64,000 nucleotides of DNA from Nitrospinales bacterium (GCA_965262115.1 OZ253496.1:832001-896000); one strand, 5' to 3'. Shown: positions 28,710 to 38,728, counted from the stretch's first letter. Made by a program: numbers and translations. The notes: generated by a model not told the origin, from the sequence alone.

Positions 28710-30768
28710 TTCTTTTTTCAGGTTGTTTGGAATTCATGGACCCATTTATCGGATCTGGAAGAAGCCCGGTTTCATCCGGCTCCGTGTCTTCAGGCAAAAC
28801 AGGAGGCACAGAAAGGTCCACACCTTCTTTAACCGCGACCTGCAAAGTCTCAAGGGAAAACTCATCGGCAAGATAACCTGTCTGCACATCCACGATGGCA
28901 AATTTAACTTTTTCTGGAACGGGAAATTTCACCGGGCTTTTCCCCTCCAGCACCTTCTGCATAAAAAACACCCAGATGGGAGCGGCGGCACTGGCACCGG
29001 TCAAACCTTTACCAGATTTGACTTTCATGGGTTCATTATTATCAAAGCCCACCCAGACCGAAGCTGAGATGTCTTTTGTAAAAGCATTGAACCACGCATC
29101 CTTAAAGTCATTGGTCGTTCCCGTTTTGCCCCCGGCGGGGTGACGAAAACCCATCCTTCTTACCACCCGTCCGGTGCCTCCATCTATCACTCCTTGCATC
29201 ATGTTCAGAAGCGGCAAAAGGGAATCAGGCAAAAACTGTTGCACCCCCTGATAGTAATGCTCATAAAGCCGGTTGCCCTGGAAATCCTCAATGCGCTGGA
29301 TCAAATAAGGTTCATTATAAATTCCCAGGTTGGCGATAACACTGTAGGCGGATGCCATTTCATAAGGGGATAAACCGGAAGTCCCCAGAGCAAGGGAAAG
29401 GTTTTTACCTAACGGACTTTTAATACCAAACTGCCGTGCCGTACGAATCACTTTTTCCGACCCGACCTCATTAATCAGTTTCGCAGAAATAATGTTAATG
29501 GATTTCATCAGAGCTTTTTTAAGAATAATACTTCCTGCAAACTCTTCATCGAAATTCTGTGGACTCCAAGGTTCGCTACCGGGAACATCCATGGTCAGCG
29601 GCTCGTCCACCACCACTGTAGCGGGTGAATAACCCAACTCCTCCATAGCCGTAAAATACACAAACGGTTTGAAGGAAGAACCAGGAAGGCGATTGTTCGA
29701 TACCGCCCGATTGAATTGACTGTAGGAGTAGTCTCTTCCACCAAGCATGGCCCGCACAGCGCCGCTTTTGTTTTCTATCGCCACTAATGCCACCTGAAGT
29801 GGACCAGCACCCGGCTCCTTGACGACCCTGCCTTCCAAAGCCTCCAAATGATTGCGGGCACTTTTAAAAGCAAGCTTCTGATAACGCGAATCCAATGTGG
29901 TGAGAATTTTTAAGCCGCCAAAATGCACAAATTCTTTGCCATAATCCCTTTCGATTTGCTCCAGCACCTGATCAACAAAATAAAGATTGGGATCCGAATC
30001 TACCCGGGGATTAACCAGATCAATATTGGACTGAAGGGCCAACTCTTTCTCTTCAACGGTAATCAGGTTTTCACTGACCATCCGGTTCAACACATACTCC
30101 GTTCTTTTCATCGCTCTTTCATAATGCGAGAACGGATTGGCATTATTGGGAGAGTTGGGGAGGCCAGCAAGAAGAGCCGATTGCAGCAAAGTCAGATCCT
30201 TGGCACGTTCTCTAAAATAGACTTGCGCCGCCTCTTCCACGCCATAAGCGCCGCTACCGAAATATATCTGATTGCAATAGGCTTGAAGAATCTGGTCTTT
30301 ATTGAAAGTCGCCTCCAATTGGAAAGCAATCAAAAGCTCCTTGATCTTACGTACCCAATTTCTCTCGAATGAAAAAAACAGGTTTTTGGAAAGTTGCTGG
30401 GTGATCGTGCTTCCCCCCTGAGCAATCCTTTTTTCACGAAGGTTGGTCAATAACGCACGCACCAATCCCCTGTGGTCTATTCCGCTATGTTGATAAAACC
30501 GGGAATCTTCAACGGCAATGATGGCTTTTGTAAAAAAGGGCGCAATATCCTCAAGAGCGATGGGGTGCCTCTCACCAAGAACCTTAATGCGCTCCCCATC
30601 CGAAGAATAAATTTCTGTCGGAAGGCTCAGGTTGATATGTTGCAGGTTTTTGGGAAGCTGGGGCAAGTCCTGGTTTAACCAGTAATACAGACCCGCTACA
30701 ACCAGAACCACAAAAAGAATTAAAGTTACCAGAACCAGATTCAGGGTATGGAGTAAGCGACCGGTCAA
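28690..30768 (-). CDS. Class A penicillin-binding protein (PBP1A family)
   Basis: EDSRFYQHSG, GGSTITQQ, RKIKE, SSFK, SIN, KTGT. Confidence 0.95.
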   Translation of the reverse strand: MTGRLLHTLNLVLVTLILFVVLVVAGLYYWLNQDLPQLPKNLQHINLSLPTEIYSSDGERIKVLGERHPIALEDIAPFFTKAIIAVEDSRFYQHSGIDHRGLVRALLTNLREKRIAQGGSTITQQLSKNLFFSFERNWVRKIKELLIAFQLEATFNKDQILQAYCNQIYFGSGAYGVEEAAQVYFRERAKDLTLLQSALLAGLPNSPNNANPFSHYERAMKRTEYVLNRMVSENLITVEEKELALQSNIDLVNPRVDSDPNLYFVDQVLEQIERDYGKEFVHFGGLKILTTLDSRYQKLAFKSARNHLEALEGRVVKEPGAGPLQVALVAIENKSGAVRAMLGGRDYSYSQFNRAVSNNRLPGSSFKPFVYFTAMEELGYSPATVVVDEPLTMDVPGSEPWSPQNFDEEFAGSIILKKALMKSINIISAKLINEVGSEKVIRTARQFGIKSPLGKNLSLALGTSGLSPYEMASAYSVIANLGIYNEPYLIQRIEDFQGNRLYEHYYQGVQQFLPDSLLPLLNMMQGVIDGGTGRVVRRMGFRHPAGGKTGTTNDFKDAWFNAFTKDISASVWVGFDNNEPMKVKSGKGLTGASAAAPIWVFFMQKVLEGKSPVKFPVPEKVKFAIVDVQTGYLADEFSLETLQVAVKEGVDLSVPPVLPEDTEPDETGLLPDPINGSMNSKQPEKRNAVPDP

Positions 30769-31664
30769 GGGCTTTCTCTCAAGGAAGGTGGAGTTCCATT
30801 AGAACTTGAATCAGAAATATCCGCTTTTTCAATTTGGGACATCATATTGTTGGCCAATTCCACAGCCACAGGAATCAAGAGAATCCCCGTGTAGTAATCG
30901 GTGTCGTACTCAACCCCAAACAGCAAGTGTTGGACAGGTTCTCCAGCAGGCAAATCCGAAATGCCCACACGGGTGACATGATAATTCTTTCCCAAAAACC
31001 AGCGGGGTTCCGGGAAAACTGCTTTTTGGGTGGTTGCGTCCAGGGATTTTAAAACAGGAAGAAACTCGAAAATTGAGAAAATCCGGTTTTCAGTAAAATT
31101 CGCATCTTCAAGGGTTCCCCGTTTAACGGTCCGCGTGGCCTGAACCTCAAATAACGTATCTACAGATAAGAACAATTCATGAATGGGAATATTTTGGCGA
31201 TCAATGAATTGCAGGGTGATCCAGGGACCAAATCGTTTCAAGAAAACCCGATCCCAGTTTCTCCTTGAGTCCAGATCAACCAGGTCGTAAGAAGAAATGA
31301 TTTGCTCCGACCACGGCCCAGGAAAATCATAATAGAGTTGGAGAAACTTTTCCCGGGAAACAACAAGGGGAAACCCTGGAGACAGCCCTTCAAACAAATG
31401 CTTGAAGGAAGAAATTCCCAAAGCCGTTTCTTCCTGAAGATCCAGCGAGGATCGAATGGACTTTATCTTGGCTTGCGCTACCAGAGACTGCCGGTCCCGC
31501 TCCCACATTCTACCCAATTGAGGCCTTTTGTGGTTTTGCCATTTTAAGTAATAACCGACACTTTTTTCAAACAGGTTGGTATAAAACTCAAGGGAAAGGA
31601 ATGCGGAAAGAACAATCAACCCGGCGGCAACATGCCATAGCTTTCGGACACCGGCAAATTTCAC
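30765..31664 (-). CDS. Hypothetical protein with N-terminal TM helix
   Basis: 299-aa ORF whose stop overlaps the PBP start. Confidence 0.75.
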   Translation of the reverse strand: MKFAGVRKLWHVAAGLIVLSAFLSLEFYTNLFEKSVGYYLKWQNHKRPQLGRMWERDRQSLVAQAKIKSIRSSLDLQEETALGISSFKHLFEGLSPGFPLVVSREKFLQLYYDFPGPWSEQIISSYDLVDLDSRRNWDRVFLKRFGPWITLQFIDRQNIPIHELFLSVDTLFEVQATRTVKRGTLEDANFTENRIFSIFEFLPVLKSLDATTQKAVFPEPRWFLGKNYHVTRVGISDLPAGEPVQHLLFGVEYDTDYYTGILLIPVAVELANNMMSQIEKADISDSSSNGTPPSLRESP

Positions 31665-31725
31665 TGAATATTATCTCACGGTAGTTTTATACCACTCCGG
31701 GGCATGAGGTTTAAGGAAAAGGACA

Positions 31726-32364
31726 TCACATACTTCGGGTGAGCATTTTAAGCTTGTCTATCTTTTCTTGCAAAGCTTTTTTATACAGCTTCTTTCTGCC
31801 AGGTTTCCCTTTGGCCTTGGGTTGGCGTACAGAGGTTTGAGAAAATTTTTCGGGACTTTCCCCCTTTTTCTTCGTGCCGCGTTGCCCCTTCCCGGCTTTA
31901 TCCAATAATTTACTCGTGGTTTTGCCCGATTCCGCGATTTGCCCCAAGCTGGAAAGACAGTCTTTTTGCAGACGGGGGGCCATTTTTCTAAAAAACGTTA
32001 ATATCTTTCTTTCATCACCATCCAAAGTGATCATTTCCTGACGAGAAGGATTATTGAAAACTGCCAACCCTTCCTTGAAATTAACCACACTCACTTCTGT
32101 GGATGATAAGCTTTTGTTGACCTTATGCAGAGGAGCAATATCATTCTTATCTACCTCTGAAGTCAATAATTGCTCCAGCGATATATTTCCCAGGCGAGCA
32201 ATCTTGACCAGCACTGAGACAGGAGCATCCCTCTCTCCCGCTTCATACCGAACAAAAGTGCGGAAACCTACTTTAAGAATTTCCGACATGACGGATTGGG
32301 TACAACCCAGTTCCTTGCGAATCGTTTTCAAATTCTTTGCCAAAATTGACATAAAATTTTCCAC
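31726..32364 (-). CDS. XRE-family helix-turn-helix regulator
   Basis: NLKTIRKELGCTQ...RYEAGERD. Confidence 0.85.
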   Translation of the reverse strand: MENFMSILAKNLKTIRKELGCTQSVMSEILKVGFRTFVRYEAGERDAPVSVLVKIARLGNISLEQLLTSEVDKNDIAPLHKVNKSLSSTEVSVVNFKEGLAVFNNPSRQEMITLDGDERKILTFFRKMAPRLQKDCLSSLGQIAESGKTTSKLLDKAGKGQRGTKKKGESPEKFSQTSVRQPKAKGKPGRKKLYKKALQEKIDKLKMLTRSM

Positions 32365-32641
32365 CTAAAACAGTTTACATTTATATTCATAATAAGCTAT
32401 ACACCTGTTCAATACAAGCTGGGAAGAACTCCCATCATAGAAAGTGACAACCAAAAAAAATATCACCCGCGTGAACTGGCGAGAAAAAAATTTCTTTAGC
32501 TCTGATTCCGTCAAATTTTTAGCCAAATATTCCTAGGCAATCTTCACATTTCCACCCAAAGAAATAAATTTGACGCCACAAAAATACGCATAAACATAGA
32601 TATTAAAAGGGGTAAGCCTGTTTTTTCTAGAAAAAAAGATA

Positions 32642-32657
32642 TGGCATCGGATTTGCT
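32642..32657 (+). promoter_or_regulatory. sigma54 (-24/-12) promoter
   Basis: TGGCAT-CGGAT-TTGCT, 41 bp upstream of the ATG at 32699. Confidence 0.75.
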
Positions 32658-32698
32658 AATATTACAAGCAATACCTTTTAACTTGCTGGGAGACTGAT

Positions 32699-33091
32699 AT
32701 GGGTTCCGATGACTTTTTAGATCAGGAGTATGAAAACTTGAATGATGCGATTTTACAGGCCATCGTGGCATCGAAAGAGGTGCAAGATATTCTTGCGCAA
32801 TTTAAGAAGCAGAATCACATGGATGATAAGGCTGTTCTGAACCTGTTTTTAAGCCTTGATGAACTGCACCCGATGATCAATGAAAAATCTTCGAATCCCG
32901 ATGCTTATAAACTGGAACCGAGCACTTCAATATCCCCACCAGAAAAGCCCAGGAAAGAGAAGTTTTCTTTAAGAAAGGGGGACAAGATTGATGGGGAAAC
33001 TTTGACGATCAACGAAGTCCTTTTTGAAAAATACTATCAGGGAAAGTTCAGCGAAGCCACTTGGATGAAAAAAACCCGTGTCCGCTTCTAA
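32699..33091 (+). CDS. Hypothetical protein
   Basis: GGGAG ribosome-binding site; sigma54 promoter upstream. Confidence 0.75.
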   Translation: MGSDDFLDQEYENLNDAILQAIVASKEVQDILAQFKKQNHMDDKAVLNLFLSLDELHPMINEKSSNPDAYKLEPSTSISPPEKPRKEKFSLRKGDKIDGETLTINEVLFEKYYQGKFSEATWMKKTRVRF

Positions 33092-33123
33092 AAATCTTTC
33101 AGGTACGGACCATGTTTTTCGGA

Positions 33124-33312
33124 CTACTTCTGGAAGATTTTGGCATCGCAGGATATATATTTGATCTGCTTGAGAGGAATCACAAAAATTTCCTCGGAGG
33201 TGGTCACCTCGAACAGTTCCAAGTCATCACTAAAGCCATGCTTTTGGGTCGTATCGAGAATCAGTTCCTGATTATCCACGAAAACAATTTTGAGCTGATA
33301 CTGCATTACCAT
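33124..33312 (-). CDS. Small hypothetical protein
   Basis: AAAGGGG upstream of ATG; protein-like beta-rich sequence. Confidence 0.7.
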   Translation of the reverse strand: MVMQYQLKIVFVDNQELILDTTQKHGFSDDLELFEVTTSEEIFVIPLKQIKYISCDAKIFQK

Positions 33313-33370
33313 CCCCTTTCTATTATTAAAATCACTGCTTAAATATCCACCGCAAAAATTTACTCATCTC

Positions 33371-34588
33371 CTAGTTGGGATGGGCAACCGCCTCAAACTT
33401 TTTCGAAAGAGGATTCCGCAGATAGTCTTCAACATAATTTTTCAAAAACCCTTTTTCATACAGCTTTTTATTTGAAAGATCGGAGTTCACCTTGTTGAGC
33501 ACTTTAAACCGCACCCGATGGAAACGCTCTTTAAACTCATCAAACGAAACTCCCGATATGTCCCGCTCATCATTGGAAGATTTCTCCATAATCACGCGGG
33601 GAAGATGCACAACCCTCTGGTGGCTTAACCTCTTGGCGACATCGCTGAAAGTGAGCAAGGTCGTGCAGTCCGAGTCCCCTCCCAAAGTCTCATTCGGCAC
33701 ATAAAGGAAACGCGCACGGCCCCGGCGAAACATATGCAGGACCCGGTAAACATTGCCTGCCATCACAACCCAATCCTTTTTTTCCAATTCGCAGGCATCG
33801 AAGGTTTTAATGATTTTATTTCGGTTCAGAAAAGACGTGATGTCCGATTCGGTATGAATCATCTGGACATTGGTCAGGTTCATGTCATAAATCTTTTGCG
33901 ACTCAATGGGGAGGAACCGCTTGCCCTGCCGCATCAAAGCCGTGGTTTTCTCATCAATATATTTTAAAGGAGTCAGGCACCCCATCCACAACAGGCATTT
34001 TTTGTTAATCCGGGCAATGGTTTTCGCGTCTTCTGACATCGTGCCGGGACCCAGTGAATAAAAATTGGCCGAAGTCACCGCCGGGCCATCCAACACCTCC
34101 AGAACCTGCTTGACTGAAGGTCCTTTCGGCATCAATTGCTTGCGATAAGACCCCAAGGTGATCACCGAAAGTTCAAAGTTGATGCGACCGGGATACTTTC
34201 TCACCAGATGGTTGATCCTTTTCGGGTCAAAATAACCCACCGAGAACATGACGATATTTTTATCTGTCTTTTCCAGGAACTCCTCAATCCAGTCCATCGC
34301 CTTGGGGTGCAGAGCAAGGTCTGTCCATTCCATATATTCGTTGCCTCCCAAAACCCACGACTCTGTTGCCCGGGTCGGAAAAGCCTGTATTTCATTTAAA
34401 ATAAAATTCCAATCTTCTTGCGTAGTGAGAGGCATATCAAAAGTTTGGCGGTAGCTGATATCCATTTCATAACAAAACGTGCATTTTACCGGACAAGTCT
34501 TTCCCAGGCTTATAGGAATTTTGTGGTCCTTAATCTCTTTGAGCATTACTTGTTGAAGAAGTTCCCGGTTCTGTACACTCATTGCCAA
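33371..34588 (-). CDS. Radical SAM protein with DUF512-like C-terminal region
   Basis: CPVKCTFC motif; tail VPNETLGG...LLTFSDV...HLPRVIM. Confidence 0.7.
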   Translation of the reverse strand: MAMSVQNRELLQQVMLKEIKDHKIPISLGKTCPVKCTFCYEMDISYRQTFDMPLTTQEDWNFILNEIQAFPTRATESWVLGGNEYMEWTDLALHPKAMDWIEEFLEKTDKNIVMFSVGYFDPKRINHLVRKYPGRINFELSVITLGSYRKQLMPKGPSVKQVLEVLDGPAVTSANFYSLGPGTMSEDAKTIARINKKCLLWMGCLTPLKYIDEKTTALMRQGKRFLPIESQKIYDMNLTNVQMIHTESDITSFLNRNKIIKTFDACELEKKDWVVMAGNVYRVLHMFRRGRARFLYVPNETLGGDSDCTTLLTFSDVAKRLSHQRVVHLPRVIMEKSSNDERDISGVSFDEFKERFHRVRFKVLNKVNSDLSNKKLYEKGFLKNYVEDYLRNPLSKKFEAVAHPN

Positions 34589-34911
34589 TCCTTAAATGCG
34601 CTTACTAATGACTCATCCACCGGCACCTCCTGACTCTGCCCCGGCTCCAGACTCTGGATAAGTTTGTTAAGATGGACTGCCGCGCACCCCATATAGGCAA
34701 TACTTTCCTGCTGAAGTTTATAGGTACCCGACTTCAGCTTTGCCCCCAGTTCCTCAACATGCTTTGAGTCAAAAGGATGGGTCATCGCGGATTTTTTGAA
34801 TTCCTCAATCGCTTCCTTAAAACTTTTCTTTTCATGCAAAGTGACGCCGTTTTTCAGGCTTTCCTGGGCAATTCGAACTTCTTCCACCGTTATAAGATTA
34901 TCTTCCACCAT
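34579..34911 (-). CDS. Small helical (TPR-like) hypothetical protein
   Basis: AAGGAG + ATG 34911; overlaps the radical SAM start. Confidence 0.75.
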   Translation of the reverse strand: MVEDNLITVEEVRIAQESLKNGVTLHEKKSFKEAIEEFKKSAMTHPFDSKHVEELGAKLKSGTYKLQQESIAYMGCAAVHLNKLIQSLEPGQSQEVPVDESLVSAFKDWQ

Positions 34912-35206
34912 GGACTCCTTGATTCTTGAACAAAAAGAAAAAGATGGCGTTTGAAATGAGGGACCTATGATCCCGTACATCAAACTTCCACCTTTCAGGA
35001 CCGCACAAAGAAACGGGCTGGCCGCAACCTCGATCACTTTTGAAATTTAGCCTATTGTAGCACTGATTTTACAGGGCCTGTCAAGCGATTACCCCAGGTA
35101 CCTGTAAATTAAAGAAAGGAGAACGTTGCAGGGGAAAACTTTGAAGGAAGGGATTGCAACACAAGAACAAAAAAGGCAGGGAACCCAAACATTCCCCGCC
35201 AAAAAA

Positions 35207-35272
35207 CCACTAGGCGTGGGGCCAGCAAGCACGTGATATTCAACCTAAATTTTCGTGCCCCGTAAGGGGTAA
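35207..35272 (+). repeat. Composite repeat, modules A+B
   Basis: CCACTAGGCGTGGGGCCAGC...GTGATAT...GTGCCCCGTAAGGGGTA. Confidence 0.85.
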
Positions 35273-35511
35273 TCTCTTGATCGAGCAAGCAAAGAGTCAA
35301 CACGGCTTAAGCAAGCCCTTGCCCAGACCCCGTTGGGCATGAAGGTAATGATGGGGATATCACAGCCTCCCCTGCCAAGGGGCGCGAGAAAGAGTTATTG
35401 CTATCTGCAAAATTCCACAGTAACTCAGCATCGTGATGTCCCGAACCCCGTCTCCGTTTCCGGTGAGGGTCTGTCTTTCGGGATTACTGGCGATGTGGTT
35501 AATGCGTCAGA

Positions 35512-35643
35512 TTATTTTGCTGGTGGTTGAGGACTATGTTCCTCATCACAATGGCCTTCGGGGCATCCTCCTCCCATGCCGTAACACCCGGCGGTCATGG
35601 TGGCCAGAAACAACAATAGAACTATGCCAGCGAATCTTTTCAT
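35512..35643 (-). CDS. 43-aa lipoprotein (not in the ORF track)
   Basis: AAGGAGAG ribosome-binding site; MKRFAGIVLLLFLATMTAG/CYGMGGGCPEGHCDEEHSPQPPAK. Confidence 0.75.
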   Translation of the reverse strand: MKRFAGIVLLLFLATMTAGCYGMGGGCPEGHCDEEHSPQPPAK

Positions 35644-35823
35644 CCTAATTCTCTCCTTTTTAAGTACAGAAGGTTCAGCCCTATTGGGTTGGGGTCCAAG
35701 GTTTTTTTTGGACTATGACTTTTATCAACATTTATACAATATTTCAATCATTTTCTGACATTTTGACCTACAATAGAAACAGTTTGTTTATATATCCTAA
35801 ACCTTTAACACCAAGGTGTTACC

Positions 35824-36588
35824 CTGGTTCCTCCTTCAGACATTGAAATTTCAGCCCTTGAGAGCAAACTCACCACAGCGAGAATCGGTCGTCCCCTACG
35901 GATTCTCTCTGAAATCGACTCGACAAATGAGGAAATCCGGCGCAACCTGACCCTCCCCGAGGGAGCGGTCGTCATTGCCAACCAGCAATTCCTTGGACGG
36001 GGTCGGCAGGGGCGTTCGTGGCACTCCGAACCTGAGACCGGACTCTACCTCTCCACACTTTTAAAGCCCAATCTGCCACCGGAAAACCTGGCCCTCATCA
36101 CCTTAATGGCCGGGGTAGCAACCGTGTCCGCCATCCAGCAACAGGCAAAGCTCAAATGGCCGAACGATATCCTGCTAAATGGTAAAAAACTCGCGGGGAT
36201 TTTATGTGAACACATCCCCGGCGACGCCCCTGTCGTCATCGTGGGAATCGGGATAAACCTCAATCAAAGCCGCTTTCCCGAAGATATTCAGGGCATCGCC
36301 ACGTCGCTGAAGCTGGAAACCGGAAAAGATATCAACCGCGCCGATCTTGTCCTCAACCTTCTTGAAAATCTGGATCGCGAATATAAAGCGTTCCTCCAAG
36401 GCAAAAATGAAAACCTGATCCGCAAATGGACTGAGCAGTCCGACATGTTCGGCAAAACCGTGACCGTCTTTCAAAAAGGAAACACTCTGGTCGGAAAAGC
36501 ACTGGGACTCAACCCAGAAGGCAAGCTGATCTTTCAAACTCCAGACGGAGAACAACATACTCTCGATTCTGGCGAGCTACTACCGTAG
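35824..36588 (+). CDS. birA: Biotin--[acetyl-CoA carboxylase] ligase, no HTH domain, non-canonical start
   Basis: In-frame IDSTN, GRGRQGRSW, KWPNDI, KLAGIL; frame open from 35809 but no ATG/GTG/TTG before 36106. Confidence 0.9.
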   Translation: MVPPSDIEISALESKLTTARIGRPLRILSEIDSTNEEIRRNLTLPEGAVVIANQQFLGRGRQGRSWHSEPETGLYLSTLLKPNLPPENLALITLMAGVATVSAIQQQAKLKWPNDILLNGKKLAGILCEHIPGDAPVVIVGIGINLNQSRFPEDIQGIATSLKLETGKDINRADLVLNLLENLDREYKAFLQGKNENLIRKWTEQSDMFGKTVTVFQKGNTLVGKALGLNPEGKLIFQTPDGEQHTLDSGELLP

Positions 36589-36610
36589 GGGCAAGTAATG
36601 GAATTCCCTT

Positions 36611-37729
36611 TCACTGCAAAAGGTGAATCAGGTTGCCGGCGGCGTAAGTGCGGACGACTTGCAAAGAATCCTGCAACAGTTCCACCAGGATCGGAAAGGC
36701 CTCCGGTCCACCCATCATCCCCACGGCCCGAACCGCCGCCGTGCGCACCCGCGAGTGCTCATCGTCCATAGCAAGCTTCAACAAGCGAACCCGGTTGGGG
36801 ATCTTCGATTCCCCCAAAACCCGCGTGGTGGAACTACGCACACTATAATCGGAGTGCTTTAACAGTTCTTCAAATACAATCTGGCAGGAGTTCGATCCCA
36901 TTCGGTTCAGAGCCAGCGCCGCCGACAGTTTCACCATTCCATCCTTGTCGGCACATAAGGGAATCAAATCCGGCTCTGCCTCCCGAAGATTGCCCATCGC
37001 CAACGCCGCTGCTTGGCGCACAGAGGCATTATCGCGCTTAATCAATTCTCTGAGTTTCGGCAACATATCCATAGTGGCTTTTCCCTCGACCGCTTTCAGA
37101 CTATAGAACACCATTTCCGGTTCGGCATGATCGAACAACTTCGCCAGATGCGGCAGAACTGCCTCGGTGCCGATCTTGCCAAGATAACCAATGGCCTGAT
37201 ACCTCATGTCGGGAATAGGATGAGTGAGCGGGTCCAGCACATCTGCAAGATATTTTGCTTCGCCGTGTTTCACCAGTCCGGAAGAAGCCGCCATGCGTAC
37301 CGGCACATCGTAGGATTTTAAAAATACCCGCACTTCTTCGACCGTTTCCGACCCACCTTCATCGCCCAGTATCTCAACTGCCGCACTGCGAACCCAGATG
37401 TCGGTGTCTCCCGTCATCCTGCGCGCCGCCTTCAAAGCATCGGTCCGTGAAACCTTCTGCAATCCCTGCAGGGCAAACAAGCGGACCGTGGGATAAACAT
37501 CTTCCGTAGCCTTGTTGAGCAGAGGGATCAGTTGGACATCCTGAGACTCCCCCGCCGCCCACGCCGCTGCGGCCCGCAAAAACGCTCGTTCATTTTGATA
37601 AGTCTGCTGTAAAACAGCCAGACTGGTCTCGCGAATTTTTTTGAGAACGGTTTCAGGCCTCGACTCGGCAAACCCTGTCTGCGGAACAACCAGCAACACA
37701 AACAGAAAACCCATTATTCGTTGCGTCAT
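36611..37729 (-). CDS. Secreted HEAT-repeat protein
   Basis: Signal peptide; repeated D..VR..AA..LG units. Confidence 0.85.
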   Translation of the reverse strand: MTQRIMGFLFVLLVVPQTGFAESRPETVLKKIRETSLAVLQQTYQNERAFLRAAAAWAAGESQDVQLIPLLNKATEDVYPTVRLFALQGLQKVSRTDALKAARRMTGDTDIWVRSAAVEILGDEGGSETVEEVRVFLKSYDVPVRMAASSGLVKHGEAKYLADVLDPLTHPIPDMRYQAIGYLGKIGTEAVLPHLAKLFDHAEPEMVFYSLKAVEGKATMDMLPKLRELIKRDNASVRQAAALAMGNLREAEPDLIPLCADKDGMVKLSAALALNRMGSNSCQIVFEELLKHSDYSVRSSTTRVLGESKIPNRVRLLKLAMDDEHSRVRTAAVRAVGMMGGPEAFPILVELLQDSLQVVRTYAAGNLIHLLQ

Positions 37730-38571
37730 TTTAGAGATCCCTCCACCAGACCCAAATATCTCGCCACAAGGTTCCGATAATGTTTTTCATCCTGATTTTT
37801 TCCCCGCTTGCCATAGCCATTGGCAAGAATGCCACATTTTTCAATAAGCATCGCCACCACCCCATCCCTTTGCTTCTCATCCAGTCCGTTCGCTTTCAAC
37901 AATTTCTCCAGCGCGTGAACCCGCCAGCGGTCCATGCCCCAGTATTTGCGCGACAACTGGTCTTCATGCCCTCCCCGCTTGACGATCAACTTCTTCTCGA
38001 TGAAATGAAAGGGATACCGTTTAGCGATGCGCAACCACAAATCATAATCCTCACAGACCGGCATCGACTCATCGAATCCGCCAATCTCGTTCAACAGTTC
38101 TGCGCGCAGTAGCACCGAAGACGGACTGACAATACAAAGCGGCAGGCAATGTCGAAAAATATCGCCGGAATATTTGCGGTGCTTGTCCATCGGGTTCACC
38201 CGCACGCCGTTACGAATCCATATTTCATCGGTATAAACCGCATGCTGGCCCGGGTGATCCTCTATCCACTTCATCTGAGTGGTAAGTTTATCCTTTTCCC
38301 ACAAATCATCCGAGTCGAGAAACGCAATCCATTCCCCACGCGCCTTGGTCATGCCCCGGTTGCGTGCGAATGAAACGCCCTTGTTTTCCTCCAGACGAAT
38401 CCGTTGAACCGCCGGGAACTGGCGCACCACTTCTGAGGTGTTGTCGGTAGACCCGTCATCCACCACGATCAACTCGAAATTAGTGAAGCTTTGCTCCAGC
38501 ACCGATCGAATCGACTCGGCCAGGCAATAGCCACGGTTAAAAGTCGGAATGATGACCGAGACCTTACTCAT
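37726..38571 (-). CDS. Glycosyltransferase family 2
   Basis: VSVIIPTFNR, VDDGSTD, FLDSDD, CEDYDLW. Confidence 0.9.
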   Translation of the reverse strand: MSKVSVIIPTFNRGYCLAESIRSVLEQSFTNFELIVVDDGSTDNTSEVVRQFPAVQRIRLEENKGVSFARNRGMTKARGEWIAFLDSDDLWEKDKLTTQMKWIEDHPGQHAVYTDEIWIRNGVRVNPMDKHRKYSGDIFRHCLPLCIVSPSSVLLRAELLNEIGGFDESMPVCEDYDLWLRIAKRYPFHFIEKKLIVKRGGHEDQLSRKYWGMDRWRVHALEKLLKANGLDEKQRDGVVAMLIEKCGILANGYGKRGKNQDEKHYRNLVARYLGLVEGSLK

Positions 38572-38728
38572 TGTTTTTTTTATCCCTTCCTGATCATAAA
38601 ATGGTGCCCTGCCTACAGAGCCCGGCAAAACTCAGGTCTCTATTTATCCTCCGAACGTAAAACAGCCCTAAGCTCAATGGGGTACGCAAATGCAAGCATA
38701 TCACAATCGAAGCCCTGCCATAATTGCC

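Noticed and set aside
35109..35303. 64-aa ORF (similarly 47452..47688 and 12449..12661)
   Set aside because: Largely translations of repeat modules, with no ribosome-binding site or domain evidence
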